Positions 1-12,330 of a stretch of 64,000 nucleotides of DNA are shown one piece after another. The stretch's first letter is position 1, and each line of letters opens with the position of its first letter. The notes beneath the pieces are model-generated. The model worked only from the letters and a program-made list of their open reading frames with translations, was not told where the DNA came from and made no database searches. The DNA lies in assembly GCA_964016885.1 (NCBI GenBank), contig OZ024741.1, positions 282,596,001 through 282,660,000 of the forward strand. Direction: 5' to 3'. The stretch is from Eledone cirrhosa. Its lineage: Eukaryota. Made by a program: the position numbers and the translations under genes.

Positions 1-1260
1 AAACACCAAGTGTGGTGTATCTATCTCTATCTAATAAACACCAAGTATGGTGTGTCTATCTCTATCTAATAAACACCAAGTATGGTGTGTCTATCTCTAT
101 CTAATAAACACCAAGTATGGTGTGTCTGTCTCTATCAAATAAACACCAAGTATGGTGTGTCTATCTCTATCTAATAAACACGAAGTGTGGTGTGTCTATC
201 TCTATCTAATAAACACCAAGTATGGTGTGTCTATCTCTATCTAATAAACAACAAGTATGGTGTGTCTGTCTCTATCTAATAAACACCAAGTGTGGTGTAT
301 CAATCTCTATCTAATAAACACCAAGTGTGGTGTGTCTGTCTCTATCTAATAAACACCAAGTGTGGTGTATCTGTCTCTATCTAATAAACACCAAGTGTGG
401 TGTGTATATCTTTATCTAATAAAAACCAAGTATGGTGTGTCTGTCTCTATCTAATAAACACCAAGTGTGGTGTATCAATCTCTATCTAATAAACACCAAG
501 TGTGGTGTGTCTGTCTCTATCTAATAAACACCAAGTGTGGTGTATCTGTCTCTATCTAATAAAAAGCAAGTGTGGTGTGTCTGTCTCTATCTAATAAACA
601 CCAAGTGTGGTGTATCTGTCTCTATCTAATAAACACCAAGTGTGGTGTATCTGTCTCTATCTAATAAAAACCAAGTATGGTGTGTCTGTCTCTATCTAAT
701 AAACACCAAGTGTGGTGTATCTGTCTCTATCTAATAAACACCAAGTGTGGTGTATCTGTCTCTATCTAATAAACACCAAGTGTGGTGTGTCTGTCTCTAT
801 CTAATAAACACCAAGTGTGGTGTGTCTGTCTCTATCTAATAAACACCAAGTGTGGTGTGTCTGTCTCTATCTAATAAACACCAAGTGTGGTGTGTCTATC
901 TCTATCTAATAAACACCAAGTGTGGTGTGTCTGTCTCTATCTAATAAACACCAAGTATCGTATGCCTGTCTCTATCAAATAAACACCAAGTATAGTGTGT
1001 CTGTCTCTATCTAATTAACACCAAGTATGGTGTGTCTGTCTCTATCTAATAAACACCAAGTGTGGTGTGTCTGTCTATATCTAATAAACACCAAGTATGG
1101 TGTGTCTGTCTCTATCTAATAAACACCAAGTGTGGTGTGTCTGTCTATATCTAATAAACACCAAGTGTGGTGTGTCTGTCTCTATCTAATAAACACCAAG
1201 TGTGGTGTGTCTGTCTATATCTAATAAACACCAAGTATGGTGTATCTATCTCTATCTAAT

Positions 1261-1540
1261 AAACACCAAGTATGGTGTGTCTGTCTCTATCTAATAAACA
1301 CCAAGTATGCTGTGTCTGTCTCGATCTAATAAACACCAAGTATGGTGTGTCTGTCTCTATCTAATAAACACCAAGTATGGTGTGTCTATCTCTATCTAAT
1401 AAACACCAAGTATGGTGTGTCTGTCTCTATCTAATAAACACCAAGTATGCTGTGTCTGTCTCGATCTAATAAACACCAAGTATGGTGTGTCTGTCTCTAT
1501 CTAATAAACACCAAGTATGGTGTGTCTATCTCTATCTAAT
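1261..1540 (+). repeat. Local 4-monomer (140 bp) duplication
   Basis: The double-variant monomer TATGCTGTGTCTGTCTCGATC starts at 1296 and 1436 (offset 140), with matching neighbours. Confidence 0.85.
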
Positions 1541-2240
1541 AAACTCCAAGTGTGGTGTGTCTATCTCTATCTAATAAACACCAAGTGTGGTGTGTCTATC
1601 TCTATCTAATAAACACCAAGTATGGTGTGTCTGTCTCTATCTAATTAACACCAAGTATGGTGTGTCTGTCTCTATCTAATAAACACCAAGTGTGGTGTGT
1701 CTGTTTCTATCTAATAAACACCAAGTGTGGTGTATCTATCTCTATCTAATAAACTCCAAGTGTGGTGTGTCTATCTCTATCTAATAAACACCAAGTGTGG
1801 TGTGTCTATCTCTATCTAATAAACACCAAGTATGGTGTGTCTGTCTCTATCTAATTAACACCAAGTATGGTGTGTCTGTCTCTATCTAATAAACACCAAG
1901 TGTGGTGTGTCTGTTTCTATCTAATAAACACCAAGTGTGGTGTATCTATCTCTATCTAATAAACTCCAAGTGTGGTGTGTCTATCTCTATCTAATAAACA
2001 CCAAGTGTGGTGTGTCTATCTCTATCTAATAAACACCAAGTATGGTGTGTCTGTCTCTATCTAATTAACACCAAGTATGGTGTGTCTGTCTCTATCTAAT
2101 AAACACCAAGTGTGGTGTGTCTGTTTCTATCTAATAAACACCAAGTGTGGTGTATCTGTCTCTATCTAATAAACTCCAAGTGTGGTGTGTCTATCTCTAT
2201 CTAATAAACACCAAGTGTGGTGTGTCTATCTCTATCTAAT
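1541..2240 (+). repeat. 6-monomer (210 bp) higher-order repeat, about 3.3 copies
   Basis: The rare variant AAACTCCAAG is at 1541, 1751, 1961 and 2171. In the first three copies it is accompanied in register by the CTAATTAACA and CTGTTTCTAT variants. Confidence 0.92.
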
Positions 2241-3679
2241 AAACACCAAGTATGGTGTTTCTATCTCTATCTAATAAACACCAAGTATGGTGTGTCTATC
2301 TCTATCTAATAAACACCAAGTGTGGTGTGTCTATCTCTATCTAATAAACACCAAGTATGGTGTGTCTATCTCTATCTAATAAACACCAAGTATGGTGTGT
2401 CTGTCTCTATCTAATAGACACCAAGTGTGGTGTGTCTGTCTCTATCTAATAAACACCAAGTGTGGTGTGTCTATCTCTATCTAATAAACACCAAGTGTGG
2501 TGTGTCTGTCTCTATCTAATAAACACCAAGTATGGTGTGTCTATCTCTATCTAATAAACACCAAGTATGGTGTGTCTGTCTCTATCTAATAAACACCAAG
2601 TATGCTGTGTCTGTCTCGATCTAATAAACACCAAGTATGGTGTGTCTGTCTCTATCTAATAAACACCAAGTATGGTGTGTCTATCTCTATCTAATAAACA
2701 CCAAGCATGGTGTGTCTGTCTCTATCTAATAAACACCAAGTGTGGTGTGTCTATCTCTATCTAATAAACACCAAGTGTGGTGTGTCTGTTTCTATCTAAT
2801 AAACACCAAGTGTGGTGTATCTATCTCTATCTAATAAACACCAAGTATGATGTGTCTGTCTCTATCTAATAAACACCAAGTATGGTGTGTCTGTCTCTAT
2901 CTAATAAACAACAAGTATGGTGTGTCTGTCTCTATCTAATAAACACCAAGTGTGGTGTGTCTATCTCTATCTAATAAACACCAAGTGTGGTGTGTCTGTC
3001 TCTATCTAATAAACACCAAGTGTGGTGTATCTGTCTCTATCTAATAAACACCAAATGTGGTGTGTCTATCTTTATCTAATAAAAACCAAGTATGGTGTGT
3101 CTGTCTCTATCTAATAAAAACCAAATATGGTGTGTCTGTCTTTATCTAATAAACACCAAGTGTGGTGTATCAATCTCTATCTAATAAACACCAAGTGTGG
3201 TGTGTCTGTCTCTATCTAATAAACACAAAGTATGGTGTGTCTGTCTCTATCTAATAAACACCAAGTGTGGTGTATCTGTCTCTATCTAATAAACACCAAG
3301 TGTGGTGTGTCTGTCTCTATCTAATAAACACCAAGTATGGTGTGTCTGTCTCTATCTAATAAACACCAAGTATTGTGTGCCTGTCTCTATCAAATAAACA
3401 CCAAGTATGGTGTGTCTGTCTCTATCTAATAAACACCAAGTGTGGTGTGTCTATCTTTATGTAATAAAAACCAAGTATGGTGTATCTGTCTCTATCAAAT
3501 AAACACCAAGTGTGGTGTATCAATCTCTATCTAATAAACACCAAGTGTGGTGTGTCTGTCTCTATCTAATAAACACCAAGTATGGTGTGTCTATCTCTAT
3601 CAAATAAACACCAAGTATGGTGTATCTGTCTCTATCTAATAAACACCAAGTATGGTGTGTCTGTCTCTATCTAATAAAC

Positions 3680-6600
3680 ACCAAGTATGGTGTGTCTATC
3701 TTTATCTAATAAACACCAAGTATGGTGTGTCTATCTCTATCTAATAAACACCAAGTATGGTGTGTCTGTCTCTATCTAATAAACACCAAGTATGGTGTGT
3801 CTGTCTCTATCTAATAATCACCAAGTATGGTGTGTCTATCTTTATCTAATAAAAACCAAGTATGGTGTGTCTGTCTCTATCTAATAAACACCAAGTGTGG
3901 TGTATCAATCTCTATCTAATAAACGCCAAGTGTGGTGTGTCTGTCTCTATCTAATAAACACCAAGTATGGTGTGTCTGTCTCTATCTAATAAACACCAAG
4001 TGTGGTGTATCAATCTCTATCTAATAAACACCAAGTGTGGTGTGTCTATCTCTATCTAATAAACACCAAGTGTGGTGTGTCTATCTCTATCTAATAAACA
4101 CCAAGTATGGTGTGTCTGTCTCTATCTAATAAACACCAAGTATGGTGTGTCTATCTTTATCTAATAAACACCAAGTATGGTGTGTCTGTCTCTATCTAAT
4201 AATCACCAAGTATGGTGTGTCTATCTTTATCTAATAAAAACCAAGTATGGTGTGTCTGTCTCTATCTAATAAACACCAAGTGTGGTGTATCAATCTCTAT
4301 CTAATAAACACCAAGTGTGGTGTGTCTGTCTCTATCTAATAAACACCAAGTATGGTGTGTCTGTCTCTATCTAATAAACACCAAGTGTGGTGTATCTGTC
4401 AATATCTAATAAACACCAAGTGTGGTGTGTCTGTCTCTATCTAATAAACACCAAGTATTGTGTGCCTGTCTCTATCAAATAAACACCAAGTATGGTGTGT
4501 CTATCTCTATCTAATAAACACCAAGTATAGTGTGTCTGTCTCTATCTAATAAACACCAAGTATGGTGTGTCTGTCTCTATCTAATAAACACGAAGTGTGG
4601 TGTGTCTATCTCTATCTAATAAACACCAAGTGTGGTGTGTCTGTCTCTATCTAATAAACACCAAGTGTGGTGTATCTGTCTCTATCTAATAAACACCAAG
4701 TGTGGTGTATCTGTCTCTATCTAATAAACACCAAGTGTGGTGTGTCTGTCTCTATCTAATAAACACCAAGTATGGTGTGTCTGTCTCTATCTAATAAACA
4801 CCAAGTATGTTGTGTCTGTCTCTATCTAATAAACACCAAGTATGGTGTGTCTGTCTCTATCTAATAAACACCAAGTATGGTGTGTCTGTCTCTATCTAAT
4901 AAACACCAAGTGTGGTGTGTCTGTCTCTATCTAATAAACACCAAGTGTGGTGTGTCTGTCTCTATCTAATAAACACCAAGTGTGGTGTATCTATCTCTAT
5001 CTAATAAACACCAAGTATGGTGTGTCTGTCTCTATCTAATAAACACCAAGTGTGGTGTGTCTGTCTCTATCTAATAAACACCAAGTGTGGTGTATCTATC
5101 TCTATCTAATAAACACCAAGTATGATGTGTCTGTCTCTATCTAATAAACACCAAGTATGGTGTGTCTGTCACTATCTAATAAACACCAAGTATGGTGTGT
5201 CTGTCTCTATCTAATAAACACCAAGTGTGGTGTGTCTATCTCTATCTAATAAACACCAAGTGTGGTGTGTCTGTCTCTATCTAATAAACACCAAGTGTGG
5301 TGTATCTGTCTCTATCTAATAAACACCAAGTGTGGTGTGTCTATCTTTATCTCATAAAAACCAAGTATGGCGTGTCTGTCTCTATCTAATAAACACCAAG
5401 TGTGGTGTGTCTGTCTCTATCTAATAAACACCAAGTATGGTGTGTCTGTCTCTATCTAATAAACACCAAGTGTGGTGTATCTGTCTCTCTCTAATAAACA
5501 CCAAGTGTGGTGTGTCTGTCTCTATCTAATAAACACCAAGTATGGTGTGTCTGTCTCTATCTAATAAACACCAAGTATTGTGTGCCTGTCTCTATCAAAT
5601 AAACACCAAGTATGGTGTGTCTATCTCTATCTAATAAACACCAAGTATGGTGTGTCTATCTTTATCTAATAAAAACCAAGTATGGTGTGTCTGTCTCTAT
5701 CTAATAAACACCAAGTGTGGTGTATCAATCTCTATCTAATAAACACCAAGTGTGGTGTGTCTGTCTCTATCTAATAAATAGCAAGTATGGTGTGTCTGTC
5801 TCTATCTAATAAACACGAAGTGTGGTGTGTCTGTCTCTATCTAATAAACACCAAGTGTGGTGTGTCTGTCTCTATCTAATAAACACCAAGTATGGTGTGT
5901 CTGTCTCTATCTAATAAACACCAAGTGTGGTGTGTCTGTCTCTATCTAATAAACACCAAGTATTGTGTGCCTGTCTCTATCAAATAAACATCAAGTATGG
6001 TGTGTCTATCTCTATCTAATAAACACCAAGTATAGTATGTCTGTCTCTATCTAATAAACACCAAGCATGGTGTGTCAGTCTCTATCTAATAAACACGAAG
6101 TGTGGTGTGTCTATCTCTATCTAATAAACACCAAGTGTGGTGTGTCTGTCTCTATCTAATAAACACCAAGTGTGGTGTATCTGTCTCTATCTAATAAACA
6201 CCAAGTGTGGTGTATCTGTCTCTATCTAATAAACACCAAGTGTGGTGTGTCTGTCTCTATCTAATAAACACCAGGTATGGTGTGTCTGTCTCTATCTAAT
6301 AAACACCAAGTGTGGTGTATCTGTCTCTATCTAATAAACACCAAGTGTGGTGTGTCTGCCTCTATCTAATAAACACCAAGTATGGTGTGTCTGTCTCTAT
6401 CTAATAAACACCAAGTATGTTGTGTCTGTCTCTATCTAATAAACACCAAGAATGGTGTGTCTGTCTCTATCTAATAAACACCAAGTATGGTGTGTCTGTC
6501 TCTATCTAATAAACACCAAGTATGGTGTGTCTGTCTCTATCTAATAAACAGCAAGTATGGTGTGTCTGTCTCTATCTAATAAACACCAAGTGTGGTGTGT

Positions 6601-9600
6601 CTGTCTCTATCTAATAAACACCAAGTATGGTGTGTCTGTCTCAATCTAATAAACAGCAAGTATGGTGTGTCTGTCTCTATCTAATAAACACCAAGTGTGG
6701 TGTGTCTGTCTCTATCTAATAAACACCAAGTATGGTGTGTCTGTCTCTATCTAATAAACACCAAGTATGGTGTGTCTATCTCTATCTAATAAACACCAAG
6801 TGTGGTGTGTCTATCTCTATCTAATAAACACCAAGTGTGGTGTGTCTATCTCTATCTAATAAACACCAAGTATGGTGTGTCTATCTCTATCTAATAAACA
6901 CCAAGTATGGTGTGTCTATCTCTATCTAATAAACACCAAGTATCGTGTGCCTGTCTCTATCTAATAAACACCAAGTATGGTGTGTCTATCTCTATCTAAT
7001 AAACATCAAGTATAGTGTGTCTGTCTCTATCTAATAAACACCAAGTATGGTGTGTCTGTCTATATCTAATAAACACCACTGTGGTGTGTCTGTCTCTATC
7101 TAATAAACACCAAGTGTGGTGTGTCTGTCTCTATCTAATAAAAACCAAGTATGGTGTGTCTGTCTCTATCTAATAAACACCAAGTGTGGTGTATCTGTCT
7201 CTATCTAATAAACACCAAGTGTGGTGTGTCTGTCTCTATCTAATAAACACCAAGTATGGTGTGTCTGTCTCTATCTAATAAACACCAAGTATTGTGTGCC
7301 TGTCTCTATCAAATAAACACCAAGTATGGTGTGTCTGTCTCTATCTAATAAACACCAAGTGTGGTGTGTCTATCTTTATCTAATAAAAACCAAGTATGGT
7401 GTATCTGTCTCTATCAAATAAGCACCAAGTATGGTGTGTCTGTCTCTATCTAATAAACACCAAGTGTGGTGTATCTGTCTCTATCTAATAAACACCAAGT
7501 GTGGTGTGTCTGTCTCTATCTAATAAACACCAAGTATTGTGTGCCTGTCTCTATCAAATAAACACCAAGTATGGTGTGTCTATCTCTATCTAATAAACAT
7601 CAAGTATAGTGTGTCTGTCTCTATCTAATAAACACCAAGTATGGTGTGTCTGTCTCTATCTAATAAACACCACTGTGGTGTGTCTGTCTCTATCTAATAA
7701 ACACCAAGTGTGGTGTGTATGTCTCTATCTAATAAACACCAAGTATGGTGTGTCTGTCTCTGTCTAATAAACACCAAGTGTGGTGTGTCTGTCTCTATCT
7801 AATAAACACCAAGTATGGTGTGTCTATCTCTATCAAATAAACACCAAGTATGGTGTATCTGTCTCTATCTAATAAACACCAAGTATGGTGTGTCTGTCTC
7901 TATCTAATAAACACCAAGTATGGTGTGTCTATCTTTATCTAATAAACACCAAGTATGGTGTGTCTATCTCTATCTAATAAACACCAAGTATGGTGTGTCT
8001 GTCTCTATCTAATAAACACCAAGTATGGTGTGTCTATCTTTATCTAATAAACACCAAGTATGGTGTGTCTATCTCTATCTAATAAACACCAAGTATGGTG
8101 TGTCTGTCTCTATCTAATAAACACCAAGTATGGTGTGTCTGTCTCTATCTAATAATCACCAAGTATGGTGTGTCTATCTTTATCTAATAAAAACCAAGTA
8201 TGGTGTGTCTGTCTCTATCTAATAAACACCAAGTGTGGTGTATCAATCTCTATCTAATAAACGCCAAGTGTGGTGTGTCTGTCTCTATCTAATAAACACC
8301 AAGTATGGTGTGTCTGTCTCTATCTAATAAACACCAAGTGTGGTGTATCAATCTCTATCTAATAAACACCAAGTGTGGTGTGTCTATCTCTATCTAATAA
8401 ACACCAAGTGTGGTGTGTCTATCTCTATCTAATAAACACCAAGTATGGTGTGTCTGTCTCTATCTAATAAACACCAAGTATGGTGTGTCTATCTTTATCT
8501 AATAAACACCAAGTATGGTGTGTCTGTCTCTATCTAATAATCACCAAGTATGGTGTGTCTATCTTTATCTAATAAAAACCAAGTATGGTGTGTCTGTCTC
8601 TATCTAATAAACACCAAGTGTGGTGTATCAATCTCTATCTAATAAACACCAAGTGTGGTGTGTCTGTCTCTATCTAATAAACACCAAGTATGGTGTGTCT
8701 GTCTCTATCTAATAAACACCAAGTGTGGTGTATCTGTCAATATCTAATAAACACCAAGTGTGGTGTGTCTGTCTCTATCTAATAAACACCAAGTATTGTG
8801 TGCCTGTCTCTATCAAATAAACACCAAGTATGGTGTGTCTATCTCTATCTAATAAACACCAAGTATAGTGTGTCTGTCTCTATCTAATAAACACCAAGTA
8901 TGGTGTGTCTGTCTCTATCTAATAAACACGAAGTGTGGTGTGTCTATCTCTATCTAATAAACACCAAGTGTGGTGTGTCTGTCTCTATCTAATAAACACC
9001 AAGTGTGGTGTATCTGTCTCTATCTAATAAACACCAAGTGTGGTGTATCTGTCTCTATCTAATAAACACCAAGTGTGGTGTGTCTGTCTCTATCTAATAA
9101 ACACCAAGTATGGTGTGTCTGTCTCTATCTAATAAACACCAAGTATGTTGTGTCTGTCTCTATCTAATAAACACCAAGTATGGTGTGTCTGTCTCTATCT
9201 AATAAACACCAAGTATGGTGTGTCTGTCTCTATCTAATAAACACCAAGTGTGGTGTGTCTGTCTCTATCTAATAAACACCAAGTGTGGTGTGTCTGTCTC
9301 TATCTAATAAACACCAAGTGTGGTGTATCTATCTCTATCTAATAAACACCAAGTATGGTGTGTCTGTCTCTATCTAATAAACACCAAGTGTGGTGTGTCT
9401 GTCTCTATCTAATAAACACCAAGTGTGGTGTATCTATCTCTATCTAATAAACACCAAGTATGATGTGTCTGTCTCTATCTAATAAACACCAAGTATGGTG
9501 TGTCTGTCACTATCTAATAAACACCAAGTATGGTGTGTCTGTCTCTATCTAATAAACACCAAGTGTGGTGTGTCTATCTCTATCTAATAAACACCAAGTG

Positions 9601-12330
9601 TGGTGTGTCTGTCTCTATCTAATAAACACCAAGTGTGGTGTATCTGTCTCTATCTAATAAACACCAAGTGTGGTGTGTCTATCTTTATCTCATAAAAACC
9701 AAGTATGGCGTGTCTGTCTCTATCTAATAAACACCAAGTGTGGTGTGTCTGTCTCTATCTAATAAACACCAAGTATGGTGTGTCTGTCTCTATCTAATAA
9801 ACACCAAGTGTGGTGTATCTGTCTCTCTCTAATAAACACCAAGTGTGGTGTGTCTGTCTCTATCTAATAAACACCAAGTATGGTGTGTCTGTCTCTATCT
9901 AATAAACACCAAGTATTGTGTGCCTGTCTCTATCAAATAAACACCAAGTATGGTGTGTCTATCTCTATCTAATAAACACCAAGTATGGTGTGTCTATCTT
10001 TATCTAATAAAAACCAAGTATGGTGTGTCTGTCTCTATCTAATAAACACCAAGTGTGGTGTATCAATCTCTATCTAATAAACACCAAGTGTGGTGTGTCT
10101 GTCTCTATCTAATAAATAGCAAGTATGGTGTGTCTGTCTCTATCTAATAAACACGAAGTGTGGTGTGTCTGTCTCTATCTAATAAACACCAAGTGTGGTG
10201 TGTCTGTCTCTATCTAATAAACACCAAGTATGGTGTGTCTGTCTCTATCTAATAAACACCAAGTGTGGTGTGTCTGTCTCTATCTAATAAACACCAAGTA
10301 TTGTGTGCCTGTCTCTATCAAATAAACATCAAGTATGGTGTGTCTATCTCTATCTAATAAACACCAAGTATAGTATGTCTGTCTCTATCTAATAAACACC
10401 AAGCATGGTGTGTCAGTCTCTATCTAATAAACACGAAGTGTGGTGTGTCTATCTCTATCTAATAAACACCAAGTGTGGTGTGTCTGTCTCTATCTAATAA
10501 ACACCAAGTGTGGTGTATCTGTCTCTATCTAATAAACACCAAGTGTGGTGTATCTGTCTCTATCTAATAAACACCAAGTGTGGTGTGTCTGTCTCTATCT
10601 AATAAACACCAGGTATGGTGTGTCTGTCTCTATCTAATAAACACCAAGTGTGGTGTATCTGTCTCTATCTAATAAACACCAAGTGTGGTGTGTCTGCCTC
10701 TATCTAATAAACACCAAGTATGGTGTGTCTGTCTCTATCTAATAAACACCAAGTATGTTGTGTCTGTCTCTATCTAATAAACACCAAGAATGGTGTGTCT
10801 GTCTCTATCTAATAAACACCAAGTATGGTGTGTCTGTCTCTATCTAATAAACACCAAGTATGGTGTGTCTGTCTCTATCTAATAAACAGCAAGTATGGTG
10901 TGTCTGTCTCTATCTAATAAACACCAAGTGTGGTGTGTCTGTCTCTATCTAATAAACACCAAGTATGGTGTGTCTGTCTCAATCTAATAAACAGCAAGTA
11001 TGGTGTGTCTGTCTCTATCTAATAAACACCAAGTGTGGTGTGTCTGTCTCTATCTAATAAACACCAAGTATGGTGTGTCTGTCTCTATCTAATAAACACC
11101 AAGTATGGTGTGTCTATCTCTATCTAATAAACACCAAGTGTGGTGTGTCTATCTCTATCTAATAAACACCAAGTGTGGTGTGTCTATCTCTATCTAATAA
11201 ACACCAAGTATGGTGTGTCTATCTCTATCTAATAAACACCAAGTATGGTGTGTCTATCTCTATCTAATAAACACCAAGTATCGTGTGCCTGTCTCTATCT
11301 AATAAACACCAAGTATGGTGTGTCTATCTCTATCTAATAAACATCAAGTATAGTGTGTCTGTCTCTATCTAATAAACACCAAGTATGGTGTGTCTGTCTA
11401 TATCTAATAAACACCACTGTGGTGTGTCTGTCTCTATCTAATAAACACCAAGTGTGGTGTGTCTGTCTCTATCTAATAAAAACCAAGTATGGTGTGTCTG
11501 TCTCTATCTAATAAACACCAAGTGTGGTGTATCTGTCTCTATCTAATAAACACCAAGTGTGGTGTGTCTGTCTCTATCTAATAAACACCAAGTATGGTGT
11601 GTCTGTCTCTATCTAATAAACACCAAGTATTGTGTGCCTGTCTCTATCAAATAAACACCAAGTATGGTGTGTCTGTCTCTATCTAATAAACACCAAGTGT
11701 GGTGTGTCTATCTTTATCTAATAAAAACCAAGTATGGTGTATCTGTCTCTATCAAATAAGCACCAAGTATGGTGTGTCTGTCTCTATCTAATAAACACCA
11801 AGTGTGGTGTATCTGTCTCTATCTAATAAACACCAAGTGTGGTGTGTCTGTCTCTATCTAATAAACACCAAGTATTGTGTGCCTGTCTCTATCAAATAAA
11901 CACCAAGTATGGTGTGTCTATCTCTATCTAATAAACATCAAGTATAGTGTGTCTGTCTCTATCTAATAAACACCAAGTATGGTGTGTCTGTCTCTATCTA
12001 ATAAACACCACTGTGGTGTGTCTGTCTCTATCTAATAAACACCAAGTGTGGTGTGTATGTCTCTATCTAATAAACACCAAGTATGGTGTGTCTGTCTCTG
12101 TCTAATAAACACCAAGTGTGGTGTGTCTGTCTCTATCTAATAAACACCAAGTATGGTGTGTCTATCTCTATCAAATAAACACCAAGTATGGTGTATCTGT
12201 CTCTATCTAATAAACACCAAGTATGGTGTGTCTGTCTCTATCTAATAAACACCAAGTATGGTGTGTCTATCTTTATCTAATAAACACCAAGTATGGTGTG
12301 TCTATCTCTATCTAATAAACACCAAGTATG
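3680..12330 (+). repeat. Tandem duplication of a 124-monomer block (period 4338 bp = 124x35-2); boundaries approximate
   Basis: Marker pairs at offset 4338: AAACGCC 3921/8259, CTGTCACTAT 5171/9509, AAATAGC 5776/10114, CCAC variants 7071/11409 and 7665/12003. Confidence 0.92.
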
